A DNA stretch of 51,664 bases, the filler included, from Jimgerdemannia flammicorona (taxonomy: Eukaryota): the NCBI GenBank assembly GCA_003990765.1. It is 2 parts of 2 records of this genome, joined end to end, with 100 filler letters (N's around TTAATTAATTAA, not from the genome) between each part and the next. Parts side by side here need not be neighbours in the genome. Positions count along the whole stretch, not along the records: positions 1 to 25,789 come from RBNJ01000796.1; 1 more part is not named here. The stretch is one strand, 5' to 3'. The notes under the pieces were generated by a model. The model did not search any database, was not told the DNA's origin, and was given only the letters and a program-made list of their open reading frames with translations. The position numbers and the translations under genes are program-made. Positions 11,797 to 22,061 of this stretch are shown here, piece after piece; position 1 is the stretch's first letter, and every line of letters starts with the position of its first letter.

Positions 11797-12745
11797 CCTA
11801 TTTCATAACCCACAAACCACTCTTAAGTAAAATCCGCTCCCTGTTAGGTCCTACTCCTAACCCCATCACGAAATTTCCTAATTGGGTATTGTCTGCAGCG
11901 ATACGCCAATTCAACTAAGCTGGTCTTAGTTTCTCGAACTTCCTGAAATATGGAAAATCCTGAACATCCAGAACTAGTCCGAAAAAGGACTTTGGTTGAG
12001 ACGTCAACCCAATCTTGAAATCAATAAGCATAGAGGACGTACTCCATACGAAATTGATCTTGACCATAAGAAAACAGTCTTCCAGAATATCCAGAACTTC
12101 CAGAAAACCCTTCCAGAACTACGTAATGGTTACTCTAAAAAGCAACCCCCTTACAGGCACAGAATTCATCAATAACATAATTACAAGTTATGTACAAATT
12201 CACAAGATCTACCTCAAATAGACCATATTATATCATCTTCAGACCAATGGCATGACAGAAAGAATGAATCAGACCATCAAGAAAGAACTTGCCCAAGTCA
12301 ATTCTACCAATTGGGATCTCTGCTTACCCAAGATCCTATAGGAAATTCAGAACACCCCTGTTACCTCCACTAAACAGAAGCTATTCAAAATGATGTTTGC
12401 CAAGAAAACCAGAACTACTGACCATGAGAATCTCAGAGATCTCCTCAAGAAGGCAGAACAGTTACATAATTAAGCCCAAGGTCAGATTATCAAAGCCCAA
12501 GAAAGACAAAAGAAGTACTATAACTAGAAACAGAAGGATCAGGAGATCAAGATTGGAGATCAAGTATTAGTTTGGAGAAGTATGATTAAAATGAATTTTG
12601 TCACCAAATTGGAGCCCAAATAAGAAGGACCTTATATTGTATATAATATTAAAGGAACTAGCATCTATTTAAGAAACATGAATGGATGAATCCTGAGAAC
12701 ATTAGTACATATCAATCATCTCAAACTATATCTTCTCTCTACACT

Positions 12746-13261
12746 ATGAGTCAAAGGATTGATCAGTATCTACAGACATTAGTCCTCAGCTCCTTCTAGA
12801 CCCTACTAGTTCCTCTACCCCAATTTGGCCAAGCTAATGGAAACCCCCTTCAGAAGATTCAAGTTTACTAAGAAAATCTCACCCTGGCCAGATGCCTACT
12901 ACAAGTCCATCAACTACAGGCCTATTATGCAATTGGTGAATAATTGTAGAACCTTTCAGCCCCAGAGCAGACCTATATCAGGAATACCACAGGTCTGACC
13001 AGAAGAGATACTACTGCTGCAGACAGACTATACACCATTTACAAATAAAATATCATAGCTCTGATACAGGCACAGTTCTCTCTAAATGATATTCAAGGAA
13101 TAAACCCTATTACCTATTTGAGCATTATCAATTCTGTCGAAATTCTATTTCCTGAAAAAGAAGAAGAGCCCATAGAATGGAGTGACCCTAATATAGACAA
13201 TAAAGATGATAGAACAGGTATAGATGTAGAAGAAGCTTATGCTTATTGGGATGATGACTGA
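12746..13261 (+). pseudogene. ORF3 of element A (172 codons), homologous to the U3 ORF
   Basis: Single frame MSQRIDQYLQ...PLP...HQLQAYYAIGE*L...AADRLYTIYK...EEAYAYWDDD*. Internal stops are only TAA/TAG (consistent with C>T or G>A). The ATG overlaps the integrase TGA (ATGA at 12746-12749). Confidence 0.8.
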
Positions 13262-13300
13262 AGAACAGTCTGAGACAGACTATTCTTCAGTGAGGGCTAA

Positions 13301-15120
13301 TGTAACAAACCAAAACATACCACCCAAATTATAACTTAGCCAGATGATGCAAACAATTAGCATACTTAACTAGATAATGTGGGCTCCCAGCATGATATGA
13401 CTTTCAGTATATCATAGTTACTCATGCCCACCACACTTATAATTAGCCAGATATACCAGAAAGAGTCTGTTTATCCATACAGACTCTGTACACCATACAG
13501 ACTCTGTACACTATACAGGTCCTGTATACCATATAGACTCTATATATCTGTCATAAGTAGCAGATCTATAGTTAGCCACATAGTAACCAGATAGCAACCA
13601 ACTTGTATAAATTACTCCAGAGATAAGAGTGAATAAACCTCAGTCTGAATTGAAGTGCAAACCCAAAAAGCCTCTAAAGATTGAGCATTAGTCTCTTTAT
13701 TCTCACTCCAGTCTACTTTTTAATACAAAGCTTGAAGATTTTACTACTAAGTTCAAGTGAAGAACTTTACTGTCTTTGGAATTATTAGTATGCTTGCCAG
13801 ACTAAGCCTGAAGAATCCAAGTTTCTGTCACTTAAGAGAAAGCTACCTTGCTTAAGCCAGTTTCTGATGTAACTTCACAGTGATCTATTTGCACAAATGA
13901 AGCCAGTCTTTAATGCAACTTTGCCAAGAGATCCTTTCTAAGAAGCCACCAATATGTTTCTCAGTTGAAGCTGCTGATTCAGGAAGAATCTATGCTATCA
14001 TATTCCCAGAAGAGCCCACTGATTCAGGAAGTATCCATACCATCTGAGTAGTATTTCTTGTTGAAGCTACCAATTTAGGAGAATTCGTGCCACCTGAGTT
14101 ATTTCCCAGAGAGCCACTAATTTAGAAAGAATCCACATCATCTGCCATTTTTAAGTCATCTATATTCCCAGAAGACCCATGCTACCTGAGTATTATTCCC
14201 AGAAAAGCCCAAGTTATCTGTAATATCTGAGTTATTCATTTGTTTCCAGTGAGCCCAATATAGAAGAATCCATGCTATCCTCTATTCTCAGTGAGCCAGA
14301 TCAAGTTATCTACCAGAAATTGTATACTTTTGGAAATTGACACAAGGCCTATCTAATGATACTAAGAACATTGAAATCGGATCATGCGTTGCTGAGCTAT
14401 GAAGGAAAATGTCTGAATTGCCGATTTTGGAAATTCTTTGATTTGCTGATTTTGGAAATTTCGTCAAATGGAACGTTTTCCTTAATATCTCGGCAACACG
14501 TAATCCGATTTTAATGTTCTTGGTATCATTAGAAAGGCCTTATTAAGGGCTTTCAAATGACACCAAGATCATCAAATTTGGATGATTATTCATCAAGTTA
14601 TTGATGTAAACATTTAATTGTCTAATTTGGAAATCAAAACAATGGTTGATTCGAATCCGATTCGAATCCATCCGGATTGACTCGTTTGGAGCACTACACT
14701 ATACAAAGATCATTACATAGAGATTGATATCACCCAAGAAGGAAAACCACTAAATTGCCAGACTGTCATACATAAGGAACCTATTGCACTACACAAGATT
14801 GTCACCCAGAAATTACATAAGGAACTCACCACACCACACAGAGATCATCATACTACATATGAAATTCTACTAGTTCCTAGTTGACCCAAGAAGGAAACTC
14901 ATTTATACAAATTGCTACTACATCCAGAGAACTGTCCCAATAAGGAAATCACTAGAATCACTTGCAGATATCTAGCTTTGACTATTATACCACTAAATAC
15001 CAAGGATCTCAGAAATCTTAAAATATTTTATTGCTTTTTGACAAAGTAACTGAGGGCTCAAGCCAAACCACATCAATCCCCAACCTTGTAATTTGCCTCC
15101 ATTGAGCCAGACATATTATA
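13301..15120 (+). repeat. 3' LTR of element A, with an extra insert of about 353 bp
   Basis: TGTAAC start, colinear with the 5' LTR except 14344-14696, preceded by a hairpin and a purine-rich tract. Confidence 0.95.
14344..14696. mobile_element. Palindromic DNA-transposon fragment inserted in the 3' LTR
   Basis: Absent from the 5' LTR. Long imperfect inverted repeat at 14344-14541. The right end reads TAGTGCTCCAAACGAG on the minus strand with GATTCGAATC subterminal repeats (hAT-like). CpG-rich. Confidence 0.65.
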
Positions 15121-15879
15121 ATATTATTATTAATTCAAAATCAAATACTATAGACTATTTGACTAATAATTAATTCTACTATCTAACTAGCTATCTTTCT
15201 ATATTTCAGAATAAATACTAAGATATAAATCAGATTTCAGAATAGCTTATAAAGTGGGAAACTATAGAATAAGTACAATAAATATTCTATAAGTACTGAG
15301 GATATAGAAATAAGATAGATAGAAAAATAAACTATAAAAATAAATATATAAGTAAACAAAGAGGAAAATTAATACTAAATTAGATCTAATTATATCTTTA
15401 ATTATCTTTACTACTAGAAATAGACACTAGGAGTATAGGAGTATATTCTTGAGGTTTTTAAAATAGAGACAAGACTAGCTAAGTGATCTATAGATAATAC
15501 TCTAGCCAATCATCTTCTGTAATAAGTTCTAATCTAAGAGAGATCTGAAAATAGATAGATAACTAATAGATCCTAGATCAGAGACTAGAAATATCTTCTT
15601 TTTGTTCAGATTTATAATAATTCTTAGAGATTCTAGAATAAAAAATTTCTCAGTAGCTTCTTCTAGAAAAAAGTCTCTTTTTTAATACTAGAGACTCAGA
15701 TACTTATTAATTAGATTCTCAGATATATAATATATATATTAGTTAGTATAATTGACTAAATAGTATATAGCTCAGATAACTTCTTAGGATACTTTTATTA
15801 TATATATATAATAGTCTCTTAAAGATTCTTATAATATTTATAAAGTGGTCTTATTAATTATCTTAAAGAGAGAGAATGA

Positions 15880-16322
15880 TATCTCAGTAAGATATATTTA
15901 GTATCTTTAGTTTCTACAATAACTTAGTTATTTTCAATATAGTTAGCTATCTTAACTTTAAGCCAATTGTAGTCCTCCTCAGAGAGGTGGATAATATCTT
16001 GAGAGATTACTTTTTCAAGATAGATAATAGTCTAGAGTGTATGATAGAATATTTGATAAATATAGAAAGTCTTCTCAATTTAGTTTTGGATAATCAAGAG
16101 CTCTCTAACAAGGTCTTCTTAATTATTATTAACTTCATTATAGAGGTAGTAACTAATCTTATAATTATACTAAAAGATAAGATATAGATATTCTAGGTAC
16201 TTTGAGCTAATATATTGTGATATTATTGTAGTTAATAAAGTATTCCAGATCTTTTATATAGAAGTTGAAATGCTTAGTATATTTAGATAATAGTTAGCTT
16301 TTTTGATAACTTTTGAAGATAT
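15880..16322 (-). pseudogene. Heavily decayed third member of the U3/ORF3 protein family (tentative)
   Basis: One frame: (M)SSKVIKK...KIWNTLL...YNYKISYYL...IEKTFYIYQIF...LEKVISQDIIHLSEEDYNWLK. Reverting the transitions gives Y-x-I-G-x-x-L and I-Y-Q-I-F...L-x-x-V-T-x-x-D-I-x-x-L-S. Confidence 0.45.
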
Positions 16323-16404
16323 TTTTTTGAAAGAAAGAATTAGGATAGAATAGTAGGCAATTTAATAAATAAGAATTATTATAATGAATAGAGGCTTAAC
16401 TATT

Positions 16405-16830
16405 ACTATTATCAATTAATTATCAAGTGGAAGAGTTACCCCACCTATGATACCATCTGGAAAAAAAAAGAAGCTCTAAAGAATGCATACAAAGCCCTCC
16501 AGGACTATATAGAAATACTCACCCCCCAGTAAAGGAAGAAACTGTAGCTTTAAAGCTTAGAGCATATAGTAAAGAAAGAAGATACCATATATTTATCTAG
16601 AATATACAATACCAAACATTAATAGAAAAAAGAATACTATATCTAATTAGTAAGAAAGATACTCAGATAAAGAACAACCCAGTATAGTATAGTAAAACAC
16701 ATTTGAATAACTCCATTTTATACCATCTGTATCATCTCTACTGGATAATGATAGATGTTTCATATAGAACTTAAAAAAGTCAACAATGTCAAAACCAATC
16801 TAAGTCATTCTGAAGAATGAGTATAGAGTA
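16405..16830 (+). mobile_element. Chromovirus remnant: chromodomain, PPT and start of an LTR (TGTAGC at 16543)
   Basis: IKWKSYPTYDTIW.KKEALKNA chromodomain motif, followed by the purine tract AAAGGAAGAAAC and TGTAG. Confidence 0.65.
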
Positions 16831-17064
16831 CTATTTCTAAGTAAAATTAAGCTCTTTTAATAGTTGTTATAACTAAATAACTTTTTTTGTTATAGTTGAT
16901 AATACTTGATACTTTATTTATATAGATGATATTATTATTAAGAACTATTTATATATCTGCCAAAATATGTCTCCTTTGTTATTTAGTTGAAAGAGATACT
17001 CTATTATAGATTAGTAATTATTCAAGTCTCTAGTCTAGTTAGTATCATTATACTGAATAGTTAT

Positions 17065-17540
17065 TGTAACGTAGCAGACACTTACTCTTGAAAGTACGTC
17101 AGATTTCTGTATCTTGAAAACTTGACTGTTCTGACTCTCGCAGAGTCTCTTGAAGTTGCAGGGGAGGGTGGGTGAGTTCGAAGTGTATCTGCCCGCAGGC
17201 TTACTAGTTCCTTTGCTATCTCTTTGCTTTGAACTATTTCGATCTGAGGTTTATTCACTTGAAGATACTGGGTTATTTATACAAGTTTGCTAGCTATGAG
17301 AGGGTGGCTAAGTAATAAATGAGTCATTTGGACTTTGTCGAAACATTTGGACAATGTCTAAAGGTTATACTAAATCAGGGTATTCGATTTGGATAATGTC
17401 TAAAATTTAGACAATATCTAAGAAATTAGACAATGTCGGAATCAAGGACTGCTAACTATAATGCTATACTACTTTGGGAATGAGTGTGATCAAGTGTCTA
17501 TTCCCTATTTCCTTCTTCCAAATCTGGCTGTACCGTCACA
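17065..17540 (-). mobile_element. Solo LTR (476 bp)
   Basis: TGTAACG...CGTCACA termini and 4-bp TSD TTAT. The minus-strand TATAAATA...AATAAACCTCAG module is shared with LTR A. Short tandem repeats (TTGGACAATGTC-type). CpG retained. Confidence 0.85.
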
Positions 17541-18054
17541 TTATATACTATTACTCTTACTCTATTTACTTAAGATAAGTATATATAATATACTATTTTT
17601 TAATATATTTAAAAATATACTTAATTACTAACTAATATAAATTATTATAGTAGGATAAGTTCTGTACTACTTTATTTATAGTGTAGAATATATCAGATCT
17701 CATTTCTAGTATAAGATATATATAAGAGAGAACAGACAGCTTATTGATAGAAAATATTTTTATTATTTATCTTAAGTATATTATTATTGGATTTTCTTAA
17801 CTTCATAAAAGTTTTTATAGAAGTACTAATGAGCTTATATTTACTTATATTTATTGTAATAAATAGAAGAAGTAATTTATTCAGAATATATAAGTTATAA
17901 ATTTTATATATTACTGATGAATAATATAAAACTGATAGAATAGTATAATGTAAAGTTATATATCTATATATTGAGTTATCATCTCAATAATATTAAAGTA
18001 TTATAGGATAGTTTTGATATAAGTTTTCTATAAGAGATATATATATATATATAT

Positions 18055-18430
18055 TGTAATATATAGTATAAAATAGAAATAGGAAATAGATATTTAATTG
18101 TGATACCTGATTCTGATTTCCAATTTAGTATAGTCCTTTACTGTGGATACTATATCTAAAATATTATCAGTGAAACTCTTATTACTTTCATGAATTTCAG
18201 ATAGAATTTCACATGAGATTCTATCTGAGAATTTCACATAAAAAGACTTAATACTTAGCTGTATATTTAGTAGCAGAATTAGCATACAAATTTGTATAAA
18301 TAACTCAGTATTTTAGAGTAAATAAACCTCAGTCAGATTAAGTCAGTTTAATTCAAAAGTCTTCTTTACATACCCTTCCCCCTATATAAAATCTGTCTAA
18401 CTTACTAAGTTCTGTCTCCACTATATTACA
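18055..18430 (+). mobile_element. Solo LTR (376 bp) inserted in an (AT)n tract
   Basis: TGTAATATA...TATATTACA termini, ATAT flanks, and the same TATAAATA...GTAAATAAACCTCAGTC module. Confidence 0.75.
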
Positions 18431-19800
18431 ATATATATATATATGTATATTTTATACTCTCATTTTTAATTATAATATTAATAGAGTCTATAAGCTTATA
18501 AAAAGAGATTTGAAATATTTCTCAATATTTTATTACTTTTATCTAAATTGCTTATATTAATTATAGTTATACTTTTATATAATAATAAACTTTAAATATA
18601 CTATATATTTTTATTATTATTAAATACTATTTATTTATAAAATACTTATATTTTATTTATTATATTTTATAAAGTTTTTATAACAAATCCTCTAACTATA
18701 TTTTTAGTATAAAAAGAAAAAATAATTAATAAGTCAAGATTAGTAATAATTAAAAGAATTAGTCAAGAAATATTATTTTGAGAGTTTTTGATATTACTTT
18801 TATTATTTTTTTCTTCTCTATCTTATTTAGATCAAATAAAATCTATAAGACTTCAAAAGAACTATATATTATAGAAATTATTTAGATAATAGAAAAGATA
18901 AATAGAACCAGTAAAGGTAGATATTTTATATTTTTTAGATAAAACTAAACTTTATAGATTTTTGTCCTTAGCTCTCTTTTATTCTTGGTATTATTGTAAA
19001 GAGAGGATAGATAGTTTATTGATATTGATAATAATAATATTTACTCTAATTCCTAAGAGATACTTTTTTAAAATTTCTAATATAGTCTGAGAAAGTATTA
19101 ATATAGCACTAGTACTAGAAATATAGAATTTAAATATAATATTCTTAGAGTTGATTATTTTGTAGTTTACAGATAGATTGAGTTAAATATTAATAGACAA
19201 TATTGATTATTGCTAGTTAATATTATTAGAGTAGTACCAAACAAATATTTCTAAGAATAGCTTCACCCAGTAAAGCTTAGCAAACTTATAGATATATAGA
19301 CTTATTTAAGTCTAATATAATATAAAAATATATATAATTAGTAATATTCTTTATAAGATATTATTATTTAATATCACTTTACTATATCTATATTACCTAT
19401 TATATCTATATTACTACTGCTTATATCATTTAGATAACTCTAAGTAACTATTTAATATTTCTTTAAGAAATATACCTCAGGCTCTATTCACATCTCTATC
19501 AATATATAGATTACACTATCTGTATCTAAATATCTTTTTTCCACTAAGCTTTAGATCAATTTAGCTATAGATACTATATATTTTGCTGGTGTATATCTCT
19601 AAGATCAGAAAACCCTACTTTTCATACTCCTCTATCTTAGACAGTAGTCTCTTCTAAAACATTGTATATATATACTCAGATCATCATCTCATATATAGTC
19701 CTATTACTAATATTTCTATATCTCATTTTCTTACTTATTTTACTACTATTAAATTGAGAAATAATGATCATATTAAATATCTATATAAGCTATAGAGTGG

Positions 19801-19833
<33 letters not shown>

Positions 19834-20036
19834 ACTTAGACTTTGCCATTTATTACCAGTCTATATATAAATTTACATTATCTTCTCCCACTACCCAATT
19901 CCTATAAAGAAACCTCTCCTCTTCCATCTCTTTATACTTAAAAATCACCCTGTCTCCCATAACCCCAACTCTTCCCCCACTCTGCCTGTATATCTTCTCC
20001 ACTAAATAACACTGCTGACCACACACATCTTTCACT
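19801..20036 (-). mobile_element. 5'-truncated LINE 3' fragment with poly(A) tail
   Basis: Poly(T) at 19801-19827 on the plus strand. The minus strand reads ...RNWVVGEDNV...AATAAA-tggcaa-AGTCtaagtAATT-ATA-(A)n, like the end of the large LINE. Confidence 0.75.
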
Positions 20037-20107
20037 GGTAACATTCGGGTGACACAAGACTCAGGCAATACTTTTTACTACGTTTTCAGTATCAAGCAAC
20101 TATTAAC

Positions 20108-22030
20108 ATGGATAGCAATAATCGAATTGGTGAGCATACTGGCCAGGGGGGTGCTGGCACCTTTGACTGGCAGCAGGTGGGGAGGAGGGGAGATAGTTTG
20201 GAGATGCCGGGGGCCTTGATGGCTAGCTGAGGTCCTGGTGGTGGAGGGAGGGGTGGGCTGAGGCAGAGAGGTGGGGAGAGGTTGACCTTCGCTGATAAGG
20301 TCAGAATGGAGAAGATGGTCTCAGGCCTTGACAATTGGCTGGGCCTGGGGAAGGCGTCGACAGCTGCTGCTGGGGGACAGAGAGGTATACCCAGGGGAGT
20401 CTCAGGTGGCAGGGGAGGAGCAGGAGTAGAGGCTGGAGATAGAGATGTGACTGTTGATGGAGCTGTGACTAGGGATCTGGCAAAAAATCCAGATATGATG
20501 GCGGTCAGTAATTCAGGACTGGGAGTGGGCATGAGGCCCAGGGACCTAGCAGATGGCATGATAGGCATGGTGTTGACCCCATTACTCAAGAAGTCGAGGT
20601 TGGAATTCGTGGTCACTATGTGTTTCCGGGGTTTGGTGGTGATGGCGAGGATGATTTTGGGGCTAGTGGCGCAGGAGGCTAAGGGAGCAGTATCGGTGAA
20701 GTTTTTGAGGGGAAAGGAAGGGGTTGAGGTGGGGTTTGAGGAGGAAGATGTCTTGTTGGCGGCCATGGAGAAAGGAGTGACAGTTAGTGGGGTTGTGGTC
20801 CCTATGGCTCAGTGCATGTGCTGGGACCCCTGAGTGATACAGTTGATGGTATTGGATCTCTCTACTGTGTCGAAGGAGAGGACCAGGGAGTTGGTTGTGG
20901 AGGCGATCAAGGAGTATGGAGAGATTGTGGATATTGGGTTCAAGGTCTGGGAGGGTACAGAGCTTAGGACTGGTGACATTGATATCAGAGTGAGGCTGGC
21001 TGGGAAGGAGAATATGGAGAAGTCGAGGGACTGGTCAGCGACGCTGAGGTGGGGACCAGTGGAGTGCAAGGTCACAAGGGTGAAGGGGACCCAGGAGGAG
21101 GAGGAGGACCTGTTGGAGGCTCTGGAGGATCTGGAAGGGGTGGTTGCAAGGAGGAGATCGGCCTGGAAGGAGTTTGAGGCCAGGATGGTGGTGGGGGAGG
21201 TGGATGTAAAGAGGATCTGGATAGAGAAGAGGGCTTGGGAGAAGATGCAGGGGAGGAAGATCCAGAAGGAGTTGCTGGTGAGGTTGGGTGGGGGTAGGGC
21301 CAGTGGAAGCTCCAGGGAGGGAGTTGCAGGGTTGTAGGAGAGTGCCTGGGCTGAGGGGGGAGAAATGGCCCAGGGTGGGGCTCAGATTGGAGTGGAGGAG
21401 GAGAGGGGAGGCGAGTTGGAGGCAGATGCCGAAATGGGTGAGGATGTGCGCCCTCAGTATAGTGTCCCAGGTAGAGCTGAGGGGGAGGAGGAGCTGCTGG
21501 ATGTGCTGGATGAGGAGTGGGATGAGTCAGTGAGGAGGAGTGCATTGATGGACCCCGAGGTAGATGGGGGACAAATCACTCAGGGTGTGGTGGAGGTAGT
21601 GGATGAGGAGAAGTGGATGTGGAAGACTCTGGAAGGGGTAGCAGCTGAAGAGCTGGGGGGTGAGGATTTCAGGGTGATGGAAGAGAGGCATTGGGAGGAG
21701 ATCCTACAGAGAGAGGAGGTGCCGAGAAAGATGAGGAATGAGATCCTGGCTGTTCTCCTGGAATCAGTTGAATATCAAGTTGATGATCAGCAGGAGGAGG
21801 AGCTTTAGAAGATTGCAAGTGATAGGGCACTTTTCTTGTAGAACTTGAGGAAGGGACTGGAGAAGTGGCATGCAGTCTACTTGGACTACCGGTCAGATAT
21901 GGAGGTAGTGGACAGGGTGGAATGTCAGGAAATCTTGAAGGCACTGGATGCTCAGGCTAATGTGGAGGGTGACTTGGAAGCTGAATAGCACTTGGACCTG
22001 GCTGGAGATGAGATGAGCATGGATTACTAG
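20108..22030 (+). pseudogene. LINE ORF1 (RRM-like region, acidic/coiled-coil C-terminus)
   Basis: The ATG at 20108 reads through fragments 20282-20833, 20834-21337 and 21365-21808 with CGA>TGA and CAG>TAG type stops and a frameshift near 21340-21365. EAIKEYGEIVDI...RTGD resembles the Tx1 ORF1 RRM. Confidence 0.7.
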
Positions 22031-22061
22031 GCTGGGGTCACTCTTACAACATTTTTTCAAT

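Larger units (their letters stand above)
10093..12155 (+). mobile_element. Solo LTR (2063 bp) of the element-B family, inserted into the integrase core of element A
   Basis: TGTAAG...CTTACA termini and a perfect 5-bp TSD GGCAC (10088-10092 and 12156-12160). Removing it restores integrase D-(R)-G-T-E-F. Both ends match the 3' LTR of element B (27496-28999, reverse). CpGs are retained, indicating a younger insertion. Confidence 0.95.
4226..12749 (+). pseudogene. gag-pol of element A (many stops and frameshifts; interrupted by a solo LTR)
   Basis: Gag LPTFTGFPEKDPREFL, decayed zinc knuckle at about 5085-5130, protease ILIDTEAA (from DTGA) at about 5780, RT SPWAS / DYRKLN / YPLPRI / YMDD (about 8813), RNase H LYTDAS...LECLAV, integrase WGIDIIGP...ISD*GT|EF...EGPY...HINHLK. 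Confidence 0.95.
2245..15120 (+). mobile_element. Ty3/Gypsy LTR retrotransposon A, full length but decayed (LTR-gag-PR-dUTPase-RT-RH-IN-ORF3-LTR)
   Basis: Matching LTRs at 2245-3671 and 13301-15120, 4-bp TSD ATAT (2241-2244 and 15121-15124), PBS after the 5' LTR, and PR-RT-RH-IN domain order. Confidence 0.95.

Noticed and set aside
15987..16187. 66-aa plus-strand ORF
   Set aside because: It is the antisense shadow of the decayed minus-strand frame.
18431..19800. AT-rich stretches (also 1560-2240, 27080-27495, 32630-33330) as genes or centromere
   Set aside because: They look like terminally eroded TE sequence, and I could not assign motifs or a centromeric repeat.
20092..21545. Pro/Ser-rich minus-strand ORFs (20092-20766, 21072-21545; likewise 25087-25728)
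   Set aside because: They are antisense shadows of the G-rich LINE coding strand.
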